A program made the position numbers and the translations under genes. DNA of 64,000 nt from Lophium mytilinum (Eukaryota). Each line of letters starts with the position of its first letter. Position 1 is the first letter of the stretch. The DNA lies in contig MU004184.1 of assembly GCA_010093605.1 (NCBI GenBank), forward strand, positions 1,870,801 to 1,934,800, given 5' to 3'. The notes beneath the pieces are model-generated. The model saw only the letters and a program-made list of their open reading frames with translations, had not been told where the DNA came from and did no database searches. Below are positions 13,784-25,460 of this stretch, piece after piece.

Positions 13784-14470
13784 ATGGCTACCACGCAATC
13801 CACCGTTGAAAAACGGGAAAGTCCAACAGCCAGACTCATGAATACAGCTCTCCCACCAAGTCCACCCCCCTCTCCGCCAAAATTGAAACAAAGGCGCAAG
13901 AAGCACGACGACCCATTCTACAGCATTCCACTAACCCAACCCATCCCGCGACCTCCGTCGCCCGAAGTTGATGTCCAAGAACCAGTCCAGTCGCGTGTAA
14001 AGACCGTGGGTGGATTCCAATCTATTTCGACCCCCCCAACTTGACTTATAGCTGTAATCTAGATCCTCCTCACGCCCATACTATCCACTTCTTTCCTCTT
14101 GTCACTCTTCATCATCAACCGTGGGGATCGCGCCGCGCGAGTTTCATCTCATCCTCAACCGCACTCTAGAGGCTTTATTGCCTACCTCTCTCCACGCGCC
14201 TGGCTCGACCCAGAACCATACCAAGACCCAACCTCTACCGCGTGGAACATGACTAGCCCTTCATCGCTAACACCAGATGATGTAGTCGCGCGGGGCAATA
14301 AAAATGGAAGAAAGAGGAGTTGGTTTATGAGGAAGAAGCACCGTGCAGTTTCACGGCTGCAGGTCGGAGATGCATTTGAGTTACGGGGACGGGTGATTGC
14401 TGCCATGGTAGCTCTTGGGCTGGCAGTTCTGGTGGGAGTGGTGTGGAGTTTGAAGCACTTGACTGGGTAG
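13784..14470 (+). CDS. Small hypothetical membrane protein (Pro-rich N-terminus, two hydrophobic segments); intron ~14005-14062
   Basis: Two ORFs joined in frame by a GT-AG intron; hydrophobic stretch ILLTPILSTSFLLSLFII and C-terminal TM VIAAMVALGLAVLVGVVW. Confidence 0.65.
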
Positions 14471-14995
14471 GGGCGCGCGTATGATGCATAGCTACTGGAG
14501 TTATTTGGGTTGTCCTTACGATTTGACGCTTCATGGTTCAGCGAAGGTGTTCATGTTGTAGGTCGGGTCCCCAGGAGTCCCTTCGATGGTTCCAAAATAC
14601 TGAAACTGTTATTCGATCTAAGAGACCAATGGCATTTCACAACTCATCCGTAGTTCTGTCGAATGAATATGTTACCGTATGCATTATAATCGCCTATAAC
14701 GAGAAGGGAACCGCTTGCACAAGATCAACCGTCCCACCTAGAACGCGGCCGGACCGACATAATCTCACAATGTCCAAACATGAATATGAACGTTGACTTC
14801 ATAGATAATCCGAAATGAAGCCTGCGCCAGCAGTACGTGCAAGTATAACGCAATAGTGTAGTACCTTCACTCAATAAAAGAAAGCCGTCCTTGCTAACAT
14901 TGCCTTGACCCAGTCAAATCTCGATAATACTGATCAAGGATTGGTCTGATTGTTGTTCATGGCATTGTATCCGTGTCATAAACGCACGCAGCGTA

Positions 14996-16517
14996 TTATG
15001 CACCCCTCACAGCTGCATTCAATCTTGACTCGTTTCTTGCTTGCTGAGGATGATCATGATAACGACAAACGTCGTAGTCGTGTGGTTCTTCAGGTAGGAT
15101 CTGCCCGGGGGATCGATGTATCAAACTCAGTGCTCGAGATCTCCTGACCATTATTTCCAACACGAGCGCTTTAGGTAGCAACTCCTCAATCGTCTCAGAT
15201 GGGTTCCCTATCTTTCGGTGTTGTCCATTCCAGTCACACGCCCACGACTCGAAAAAGTACGGGTATAGCCCAGAAGTGTTGGGGAGATTATCGAATGCCT
15301 TGACGACAGCGTGGATGTCAGGTACAAAGTGGATGCTACTCTTGACATGGATTGCGTCCATGATATCATATCGAAGCTGCGGAAAATCGTACTTATCGGC
15401 GAAAATGTACAGATCCACGAGCACGGAGTAGCTATCGAGTTGATAAGGGCCCTATCCTGGGCTCACCGTTGAGGAACTCAGCGTGCAAGTACCTAGACGG
15501 GGTCAGTTTCAAGGAGGTAATCTACAACCAGGCATTTTATACTTACGGTATCCTTTGCCAAGCTCGCAGCAATCTTTTGGCCTGCTTTTGGATGATTCTC
15601 GTATGAACCGGAAACTCACTATGAGAGAAATCTCTAAGTCTTTTCAGGTCTTTCAAGATTCTACTGTTATGGAGGATGGTGTATGGTATATCCATAAATA
15701 TTGCCTCTAGGGAATCCAACGCCAAATTCAGCGCGTCAAACGTCCTCAAAAGCTTGTCTGCAGTCTCTGCTGGACTCAATGTGCGAACCAGGACAGCAAC
15801 GTGTTCAACTATGGAAAAAGATTAGATCAGTCAGGCCTTCGATGAGCGGAATGGAACTGGGCTCACTACTGTGAAAAGCAGTATTCCGCACTGCATTGTC
15901 TTTGGGACTCTTGAAACACAAGAATGGTCTCTTTCTATCAGTCTTCCCCGATGTCCGAATCGGGTCTTGTTGCGGGACAATGCCTGTGACCTCGCTAGCT
16001 GAGGGCATGTCCGTGACATCGTCGCTTCCCCCAAGTGAAGCCGGCGCCGTAACCTCGTCACGTTCCCTGGCTGAGGCTGTAACCTCGTCGTGCTTCTTCT
16101 CTGCGAAGTGAAGCTCCATACCCTTCAACCTCTCGACGAACGCTTCTTCTCGGTTTTCCAGTGCCAGCTTTTGCGTATCAAGCCATTCCATAACGATCTT
16201 GAACAGCAAAGGTTCTACATCGTCAAGTGTGATTACCTCTTCCTCTGTTTCCCTGAAGCCTCCCTTGAATGCATTGTGGAAGTATCTTGACCAATGAGTG
16301 ATCAAGTTTTTGTGGATATGGAAAGGCTCAGCGTCCGGGCCGGCATTGACTGTTACTATTTCTGTGCCAAACGTTTTGCTTTCGGGAATCAGAGAGCTAT
16401 CAACACTAGACTCTACTAGGGGCCTCACTTCATTGAATCGCGCATGCGGTTTTGTGGCGTATGAGCACACGAGGCATCCCTTTTTGCGACCCCCGGGAGC
16501 CTGGACGCGGAGGCCAT
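14996..16517 (-). CDS. BTB/POZ protein, paralogue 1 (split BTB with inserted helical domain); introns 16379-16428, 15809-15866, 15546-(15493 or 15432)
   Basis: FGTEIVTV..FHIHKNLITHWSRYFHNAFKGGFRE..ITLDDVEPLLFKIVMEWLDTQ; C-terminal part LVDLYIFADKYDFPQLR..CRYHDH. Confidence 0.8.
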
Positions 16518-17065
16518 ACCGCAATTGAAATTAACAGTTGAATCTACTGAGTATGTAGTTGGAACAGTGCGGGGAGTCCAGCACACCCCTGGCGCCAAGG
16601 AGTCTAGGATAGGTCTAGCTTCTTCACGCGGTCACGAGGTCTACAACACGCTCTCGTATGTCTTGATATCACATTTAGTTTACCCCCCCCCCCAGGCTCA
16701 GACTGGACACCACCATGCGTAGGACAGGGTTTTTGTACACACGGGGCGGGGGACTGTACTTGCATCATTACAGAAGCTCATCGCAGCAGACCTATGTTCC
16801 TATTTCGTCCTGTACTCCTCCAAGTCCGCGAACACCTTTGACCAAGAATGGTAGTCTAGACTTAAAACGAAACTAGAAAATTTGCCAAGCTGCGGGAGAC
16901 CGGCGATGACTGGATACAACGATTTGAAAGCACCATTCTGCTGCTAGCAGTACGGTTCTTGGTGGCAGACTTGTTCAGACTGCAAATCCCTTACAAGTGT
17001 GTGCCCTGGGTCTAAACATTTCAGTTTGTCCTCGATTGCGGAGCATACAAAACACGTATGGCCTT

Positions 17066-18426
17066 TCATGAGCTCACTACCGTGGCCGTCGGGTTCGGTT
17101 CATCATTCGGGGGGTGCTCATGATAAGAGCAGAGACTGGTTTCGTACGGCATTGGGCTCAGCACTGTCCCAGGTAAGAGAAACAACTCCTTAGATCTCCG
17201 GGTCGCGATACTCGATAGTAGATCGTTGGGGAGTAGGTGGCCGATTTTAACACCTGATCCCCCTAATATAGCTTGCCCGTTCCAGTCGCCTACGTAAACA
17301 TCGAAGAAGTATCTGGAGAGCCCGGACGTCTTGGGCAGACTCTCGAACGCCTTTAGGACCGCGTAAAGGTAAGGAACGGAATCGGGGTAGTGGGAGTTCT
17401 TGAAGTGGACTTTATCGATTATGTCCCTGCGGAGCTGCGGCATGTCGTACTTGTCGGCAAAAATGTACATATCCACGAGCGTGTTGTAGCTGAACTGTTG
17501 CGAGTCGGTGTCATCTCTGTCATCTCCATGGCGAGTGTTACTAGGATAGATCAGCTTAAACGAAGGCGGCATATTGTAGTTGTTACGCACACGACTCTGT
17601 ACCACCTCCTATAAATCTCCTTGGCACGTCCTCGAATGTAGGGGCCTATAGGTCCTGGCAACATGTCCGCACCAGCCGTCGCGATGTCAAAAATAGTTGG
17701 CATGGCTTTCAAGCCATGGATGATCGAGAACGGCACATGTTTCATTGTCGCCAATGACTCCATTTCTTGCTGCAGAAACTCTAAATTATAGGTCTGCCTG
17801 ACTTCCAGTTTGGCCAAGCTAATCATTTCTTCGCGAATTTTCGGAACTGTATAGGCTGAAATTAAACACATACGAAAGGGACAATGGGTTCTGTCTTACT
17901 GATGTCGCAAAACTCATTACGCTGTGCGATGTTATGCACACGTTTGAGGCAGACATACGCATACCGATTCGGGTCCACATCCTCCTCCAACGTTTGATCA
18001 AAGGGCGAGGTTTCCGCAAGCTTCAGGTCGGACAACTCTTCCGCAGCTTTGTCCAATACCAACGTCTGCGTGTAAAGCCAGCCCATCACGATCTTGAAGA
18101 GCCAAGGCTGTACGTCCTCGAGAGCAATGGACTTGGTCTCTGCCTCAACGAAGGAGCCATCAAATGCGCCACGGAAGTAAGGCGACCAGTGAGTAAGCAA
18201 GTTTTTGTGAACGTAGAAGGGTTCAGCCTGTGGCCCAATACGCAAGGTCACCATCTCTGTACCAAACATCCTGCTTTACGGGTTTCAGAGAGGGATGAAC
18301 TTCAAGTCGCGTGTTCAGAGATACTCACGGCAGTGAAGAGCGCACGCGGTCCCTCGTCACATCAGAGCAGCTCTTTACATTGTTTTTCACAACCTTGGAG
18401 GCTGATGCCTTCTTTGCCGTGACCAT
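17066..18426 (-). CDS. BTB/POZ protein, paralogue 2 (split BTB with inserted helical domain), multi-exon
   Basis: FGTEMVTLRIG..FYVHKNLLTHWSPYFRGAFDGSFVEAE..LEDVQPWLFKIVMGWLYTQ; LVDMYIFADKYDMPQLR..CSYHEH; last intron 17541-17590. Confidence 0.85.
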
Positions 18427-18993
18427 GGCGATTGCGGTTCGGTATGACCTAGGGTCAAAGATTGAAGAGTGGTTGTTTGGGAGGCTGAGGGGGCGGGACT
18501 TTACAGCCCCCTGCGTAGCTCCTTCTAGAGCTAGCGCTTTGGACCAGTCCTAGCCGCAACACGAAAGCTTCACGAGATCACGTTTCTATCAATGTTGCGT
18601 CTGGCAGCCTTCAGAACCTTCATTAATGGCGTTTTTACAACTTCAATAGCAACAGAATTCATGCTGATTCATAGAGCAACATCTTAATCGCAAGGTTTTA
18701 ACCCTAACTAACCCGAAGTCAAATATGTGCTCGACATTGATTTCATACCGCATGCCTAGATTATATGAGGGTGGTACAGCGGCTCGTTCCTTGTACGAGA
18801 AGAACGAGTATCTCCTCTCTAACCTGTCTTCCGGGGAAGTTGCTCACGTAAATTGTAAATATTATTTACCTCTGCTAGAGACATTCTCAGATAATCTATC
18901 AGACATAAGAAATCGCGCCTAGTTCATCCATTCCATAGACTCTTCCTATTAAGGGGCTCTCGAGCCCCTTTATTCGGCGGAATGACATGATTC

Positions 18994-20325
18994 TTACTTT
19001 GAATGGTGATCGTGATACGAACAAAGACTGATATGATCGGATTGCGGTTTCATGCGTTCGTGAGACTGGTGCAGTTTAGCAGACCTCCGCATCATAACTT
19101 CCACCAGCACCGACTTTGGGAAAAGCTGCTCCACCACAAGAAGAGCCGCTCCATGATCCCCGGAATGCCTCCCATCCCATTCGTCCACGTAAACATCAAC
19201 AAAGTATCTATAAAGACCAGAGGTTGGAGGCAACTTGTGAAAGGCTTTGCTGACAGCACGGAGGTCCGGGACGAAATGCACGCAGCCCCTATTCACAGCG
19301 TGAATGAACTCAATGACATCAATTCGCAGCTGCTTAATATCGTATTTGTTGGCGAAAATATATAAGTCTACGAGGTCGGAGTACCTCGCAGCCGTGTCTT
19401 CGCGAGCTTGCCTATGACGGATCAGTCTACATCCATTAATTGCATTAACATTTTACTTACAGCCCGATTACTTTCCACTCGTCCAACATGAGTCTTGCAG
19501 ATTCCTTACATGCTTCGCCAAGAGGGCCCGGCAGCATCTTCTCTGGGGCATCTATGATATCTTCGAGCACCTGGAAAAGACCGATGGAAGAACGAAGAAC
19601 ATGAAGGTTTTGCGTCATGACTTTGATTCGATCCACGAATTGTGACAAGAGCGTTAGTTGCTTTGCACGGCCTTCACCCTCAGCCTTATACGTATTCCTT
19701 AGGACTCGCAAAATTCTTCTCAGTCTGTCGACTGCAGAACATCAAGTCAGTAACGACCTAAAGCGTGAAGAACATCGGTTCTCACTGTATTCAACAGCCG
19801 ATGATTTTGTCTCGGGTTCGATATCTTCACCCCGCTTGAAGAACAATGTCGAGAGCTCTTTCGCAGCCAGCTTCTCGACTAGCGTTTGGTCCGAATCTCC
19901 ACATCCGGTATTCTCTGGCTCCGGCAGCCTCACAGTGGGTTTGTCTAGCACTATGTTTTGGGAATACATCCAAGCTACAAAGCTTTTAAAAACCGAAGGT
20001 CTTACGTCCTCAAGGTTTATCTCCTTTTCCCCTGCCTCCTTGAAAGAGCCATTGCACGCGTTGCGAAAGTAGGGGGACCAGTAAGATATAAGGCCGCGAT
20101 GAACACAAAATGATTCCAGCCTTGAGCTCGTATGTATGGTAACTATGTCCGTGCCGCATATCCTACTTGACGGATGTTAGCAGAAGTCGGGTAGTGTGGA
20201 TGACTTCGCATATGCAAGTATACTCACCGTACAGAAGACGCGACCCGCTCCTGTGGGGCGCGACAGCAGCGCGGGGAAGATGTTTTCGAGACCCTGAAGG
20301 AGGACGAAGGTGTTTTGCGTGTCAT
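18994..20325 (-). CDS. BTB/POZ protein, paralogue 3 (split BTB with inserted helical domain); introns ~20163-20227, 19732-19785, 19412-19460
   Basis: CGTDIVTI..FCVHRGLISYWSPYFRNACNGSFKEAGEKEINLEDVRPSVFKSFVAWMYSQ (mostly missed by the ORF track); LVDLYIFANKYDIKQLR..CSYHDH; exons splice in frame. Confidence 0.85.
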
Positions 20326-21142
20326 GGCGATGGGTTGCAATGTGGTGGTAGGTGTTTGGAATGTGCGAATGGCAAGTGATTGACATCCTCAAGATGCCCT
20401 GATGCGTAGCGACTGCTTAGCGCGTTTATCGAGGTTTCACGAAGTCACGTTTTATTAGCCATGTCTTACTCACAAATCTTAATACACAGCAATAATGATG
20501 TTTTGCAAATGACTTGTATTATCATAAGACTTTTTAAGCTAGTAAAGAATGACTCCATGCTCCAAATCATGAATGGTTCGAAAGGTCGCAACGCTTGGTA
20601 AATACATGTGCCAAATGCGGACTAGGCAAATCCGCTGACCCTAAATCGCCTGCGCAAACTCCAAGTCTTCCCTCCTCCAAGCTTACTATTTACACACGTT
20701 TTCAAATGACAAATGAAGTGTTGTGTAGTCCTACTTACCGACTACTTCGTAAGCCAACAATAGGGTATCGTGCAGCCAATGCTTGCCTAGGTAATGCGCA
20801 GTGTGTCATAGCAGGGCTGTCAGTTTTAGGGGTGCTGATAGCTATTAGTGCATGAAGGGGCAATTGGATAGTTCGCTAAGTAGCTTCACACACCGTAACT
20901 TACCAAGCAGTTTATAATAGTTCCAAGAACATAATCATCTGTGGCAATCCCCAGGCTTCTGCACAGCCTCGTCCGCATTCATGAGCACAGGCAGCACGGC
21001 TACCTACTCCCAGCCACCAACGCCTTGGTTTGACTCAACGTTCCGCGCCTCCACCAATTTCGTTGTCACATATAAACCACTCAAGCCTCTCCTCAATAAA
21101 TCCAAACCATACCCTTCATTCAGTTTCGATCTACCGTCCACC

Positions 21143-22592
21143 ATGGAGTCCATTACTGATCTTCTTCAAATGCCAACCGCATCCGAAGCTCGGGGTAGCT
21201 ACTACAACTACGACCCGTTTGTGACGCTGAACCTTAGCTATCTGTGTAATCCATTAACATCATCACAGATATCTGCGGGTTCCAGAAGCAGCACGAATAT
21301 TGAGAACCTACAACCACGAATGGATCGGCCGCCTCGACCTCCAACTCAAAGAAAACAGCCAAACCCTCGCCAAACTAGCCAAAGGCGCAAACCAAGGGGT
21401 AAGAATCCAACGAGCTCTCGCCGAACGACGACGACTAGAATCCCGACACCAGCTCCTAGTCTCCGGCTGGGAGCAGATCAAAGCCAACCTGCAGCCTGCC
21501 TCGCTCAAGCTCCTAGCCCTGCCCCTCGAGATCCGCGACCAGATCTACTCTCACATGTACACGCGCTCGGAAGTCATCCCGATCCAGTACCCGGACTCCA
21601 ACACCCTGAACGGCCGCATGCTCCCCGGCGACGCGTTCTTCTACATGAACGCGGCGGTGGTGGACCCGCAAATCGCCCTCGAAGCCGCAAAGGTGTTCTA
21701 CCACTCCAACAGCTTTTCGCTGGAAACGCCAAACGCCGAGCACATCTCCCGCTTCCTCTCGACCGACCACTACGGCAGCGGCGTCCAGCCCGCTGCGATC
21801 ATCAAACGCATCGCTATCGTGCTGAAGGATGTCCGCGCTCATTTCTACGGTTACGACACGCCTACGGACCCAGACGAGGTTGAGAGGGAGCTGCGGGAGA
21901 GCATGTCATTCTATCCGACCTTGTACAACCATCGCCGCCTCGAGGCGCCGCTGCTCGCGATGCCCGAGCTCTGCGTCCTTGACGTCTCGATCGAGAAGTC
22001 GTATGAGGGCGACTTTAGATTGTTCGCGCCGCTCTTTAAGAAGCTGCGGCGACGTGGCGTTCGCGTACGAGCCATGCTGGAGTGGAAAGGCCACAGCCCG
22101 TCGTATGAGCTTATGGAGGTACCGGGACGGGTGCTTTGGGAGGACCGAGCTGGCACGGAGATGGCTAAGGACGAAAGCTCTAACTCTGACTCTGACTCCA
22201 AGGATTCTTGGGACGATGAAGACCAGCTTGAGGAGCTGCAGTCTGCGGATCTCTCGAGGCTCTTTGATGATCCTACGGATGAGGATTGGGGGTTAGTGAA
22301 AGAGAATGGAGAGCGGTTGAAGCGCGGTCAGGAGGTGGAGAAAGAGGATATGAAGTTGTGGTTTGCGACAGGTCGGATTGTGTACAAGGAGCAACTGGAC
22401 GTTTGTGAGCGGCTAGATGAGACGGAGAGGGCGGCACGTCAAGTTTCGGAGGCGGCTGCGAGCCCTGTTGTGGAGACGAGTGGTGTTTCTGAGGACGTGT
22501 CTCAGCTGAGTGACAGTCATGAAAAGACACAGTCCGATGAACTCAGATCGGCGTTGGAGGTATCTCAAGAACGCACCTCTTTGTTCGGCTGA
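21143..22592 (+). CDS. F-box-like domain protein with N-terminal coiled coil and acidic C-terminus; intron 21217-21268
   Basis: F-box-like signature LKLLALPLEIRDQIY followed by IALEAAKVFYHSNSF; intron joins NYDP-YLRVP in frame. Confidence 0.65.
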
Positions 22593-22959
22593 GGCAGTTG
22601 AACTGGTCGATAACCAGGAAGATGCATCTGACTCAGATGATTACAAGGAGGATAGGTGTTTACGACTAGTATTGTTTTGTAGGTGCACACGATGGCGTTT
22701 AGCGGGCATTACCTCATTGAGGTGCTTCTTCACCAATTTCTGCCCCTGTTATGAGCGGAATGTTCCATCATACTTGACATTTTAGATACCGAATTCGAGC
22801 GTTCCATGTTATTTTCAAGGGCATTACAACAATATATCAAGTCCAACACGTGGTTTGAATTGGACACGCAGTGATTCAGGAGCTGCAGATTCCCAGTATT
22901 TTCATATCCATACTACTTTTCTGTCCTCCAGCACACTTCCAACAATACAACCCGCAAAT

Positions 22960-24653
22960 CTACAACGTGTAGATGAAACCTGGCCGCTTATCACCCAGCA
23001 TCTCAACCTCCGCTGCAGTCTTCCCCTCAGCCCAAACATCCCGCTTCCCGCTAATCCTCCTCTTGTTCTCAGCCGCCAACAAGAATCTCGTAACGATACT
23101 CCCGCCTAGCAAAAACACTATCATGTAGGCTAACACAACCCCATGACCAGGCTTGAATCCCGGCTTATCCTTCCCTTGATAGATGTTACTGCTAACCACA
23201 CCATTCAGATTCCCCCAACCGATAACGAACCCAATGGCCACACCCTTCTTGTACACGCCTTCGAAGTTGTTCGCCGTCCACGTAATAGTATTCGCAACAC
23301 ACGGGTAAATACCCAGCGCACCGAGGAAGGTCCCCGCATACTTCACACCCGCCTTATCCGACCCCAGCAGCATCGAGAAGCCCGCAATCCCCAAAAAGCT
23401 AACCCCGATATTGCACAGCCCACGCTGATGCGTGCGATCCGCCAGCCACCCAATAAAGATCGTGAGAATAGCGGCCGCGGCATACGGCGGCACGGAGAGC
23501 AGATTCGCCTTGGTCGACGTATACCCCAGCTCAGCAATAATAGTCGGCAGGAACAGCGAGAAGGCGTACAGCGCACCGTCGCAGCCCATGTATTGGATAG
23601 CGAACGCGTACGTCTTCCAGTCCTTCACGGCGGCCCAGAAATACGCCATCTTGAACTCCTCGTGCTCGGCGGAGCTCTGCTGGTCGGCGCGCAGCCGGGC
23701 TTTGACGCGCGCGAGGTCGTGGGCGGTGAGGAAGGTGGCCTCATCGGGGAAGTCGTAGACCATCCAGTACGAGGCAATGCCGACGAGGATAGTAGCCAGG
23801 CCTTCGAGGATGAAGATCCAGCACCAGCCGTGCTTACCGCCGATGCCGTCCATTTTGGCGATGGCGGCTGCGAGGAGGCCGCCGAAGGAGCCGGCGACGG
23901 CGGCCGCGGAGAAGAAGATGGCGGCGCGGATGCCGAATTCGGAGCGCTTGTACCAGCAGGATAGGTAGTAGTTTACGCCGGGGAAGAGGCCGGCTTCAGC
24001 GAGGCCGAGGAAGAAGCGCTGGGTTGATGTTAGGGGAGGGGTGGAGAGTGGAGATGGAGTTGACGTACGGCAGCAGCGAGGCCAGAGAAGTTGTGGACGA
24101 GGCCCATGCTGGTCATTGTAATGCCCCAGAATATCATGATAATGGGAATGAAGATGCTGGGCCGAAGACGCTTGAGCAGAACATTCGTCAAGGGCTCTGC
24201 CAGCGCATACGAGACGAAGAAGAGGGAGAGGGCGGCGTTGTATTGGCCATCGGTCATGCCCAAATCTTTCTGAAGGCCATCAATCTTTGCATTTCCGATG
24301 TTCGTGCGGTCAAGGAAGGATATCAGATAGAGGAAGCACAGCTATGCCAGTTAGTACAGACATTCAGGCTGGGGTTTTCTTTAGCTGGAAAAGCCTACCC
24401 ATGGTATCAGCCTGAAATCGAGCTTCCGCAGCAATTTACGGTCCTGAAGTCCACATATCAGTAATGTCGTCACCGAATGCGGGCAGCTTTCTTGCAAAAA
24501 ACTTACAACATCAGCTCTCTCTTCATCACTCAGTCCATAGTCGGGGTCATCACTCTCTTGGTGAATGCCGGGGGCGAAATTGTAGTGTTCATGCTCGGCC
24601 GCTTTCTCCTCATCAGAGGGCGCGCGCGCACTATATTCATCTCCAGGCTTCAT
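22960..24653 (-). CDS. MFS transporter, anion:cation symporter (DAL5/TNA1-like) family, multi-exon
   Basis: LLRKLDFRLIPW, LDRTNIGNA, FLGLAEAGLFPG, WIFILEGLAT, LLSVPPY, GWGNLNG, C-terminal DKRPGFIYTL. Confidence 0.92.
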
Positions 24654-25460
24654 CGTGCTAGTCTCAGTTGAAACCCGAGAAAAAGAAGGAAGAAGGCGTA
24701 AGGGTTGAAGGCAAGCGTGCAGATAAAAGAAGGGAATTAAAGCGGGCAGGCTGCATATTAATACATGTTCATAATCATCATGTCGTCCCGTGGTGGATCA
24801 CCGCCACCCCCAGCTGCCGATATCAACGTCGGGCATCTCGGGGCAAAAAAACCACGAGATAGCTATCCCGCCAATGATTTCTCACGCTCAGCAAGCTGGG
24901 GACTGTATGTTCAAAGGGAGATAGAGGCCCGAGAGTGCCGCGTGACACCCTTCTGGCCGGAGCCTCTCATGGAGAGAGTAAGGGACTGCGGTGGGACTGC
25001 GTATACAGGGGAGGATTACGTCGGTGGGGCAGCGGGTGGGTATAAGCTGCTTGGCCGCGGCAACAAGCTGGGGATTTGGGGAGCTTGGAGCGGGGGAGCA
25101 GCCAGTTAGATAGCGGGCCAAGACGCCTGACTCCCGGCCCTGCCGCCTTCACGGCACGTCTTTCGCGGCAGCGTAGCTCAGCACGCCGCTAACACGTTTA
25201 CGCCACCATCTGAGCTTTGTTTGTGTTGAGATAGGGCATGGTGCGGACCGTGATGGAAAACGCGGGGATAAGGTTCATCGTCTAACGATCCGCTTGAAAT
25301 GAAAAACTTGTCAATTTACAGTCATGAAACGTGCCGCTAAATGAAGCTAGCATACGGTTCCAGTAACCAGATTCCAGCTTGGAATGTACAAGATTCTAAC
25401 CGTCCTATTGGAGAGGTATTGGTTTCACAGCATGGGATCGGCAAGAGATCTGGAAGACCT

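Noticed and set aside
20981..21883. 300-aa ORF overlapping the F-box-like gene
   Set aside because: Explained by exon 1 plus unspliced intron running into an alternative frame.
23143..23964. 273-aa plus-strand ORF
   Set aside because: Antisense shadow of the MFS transporter.
25165..25205. tRNA-like start GCAGCGTAGCTCAG
   Set aside because: No T-loop (GTTCRA) and no complementary acceptor stem downstream; no cloverleaf.
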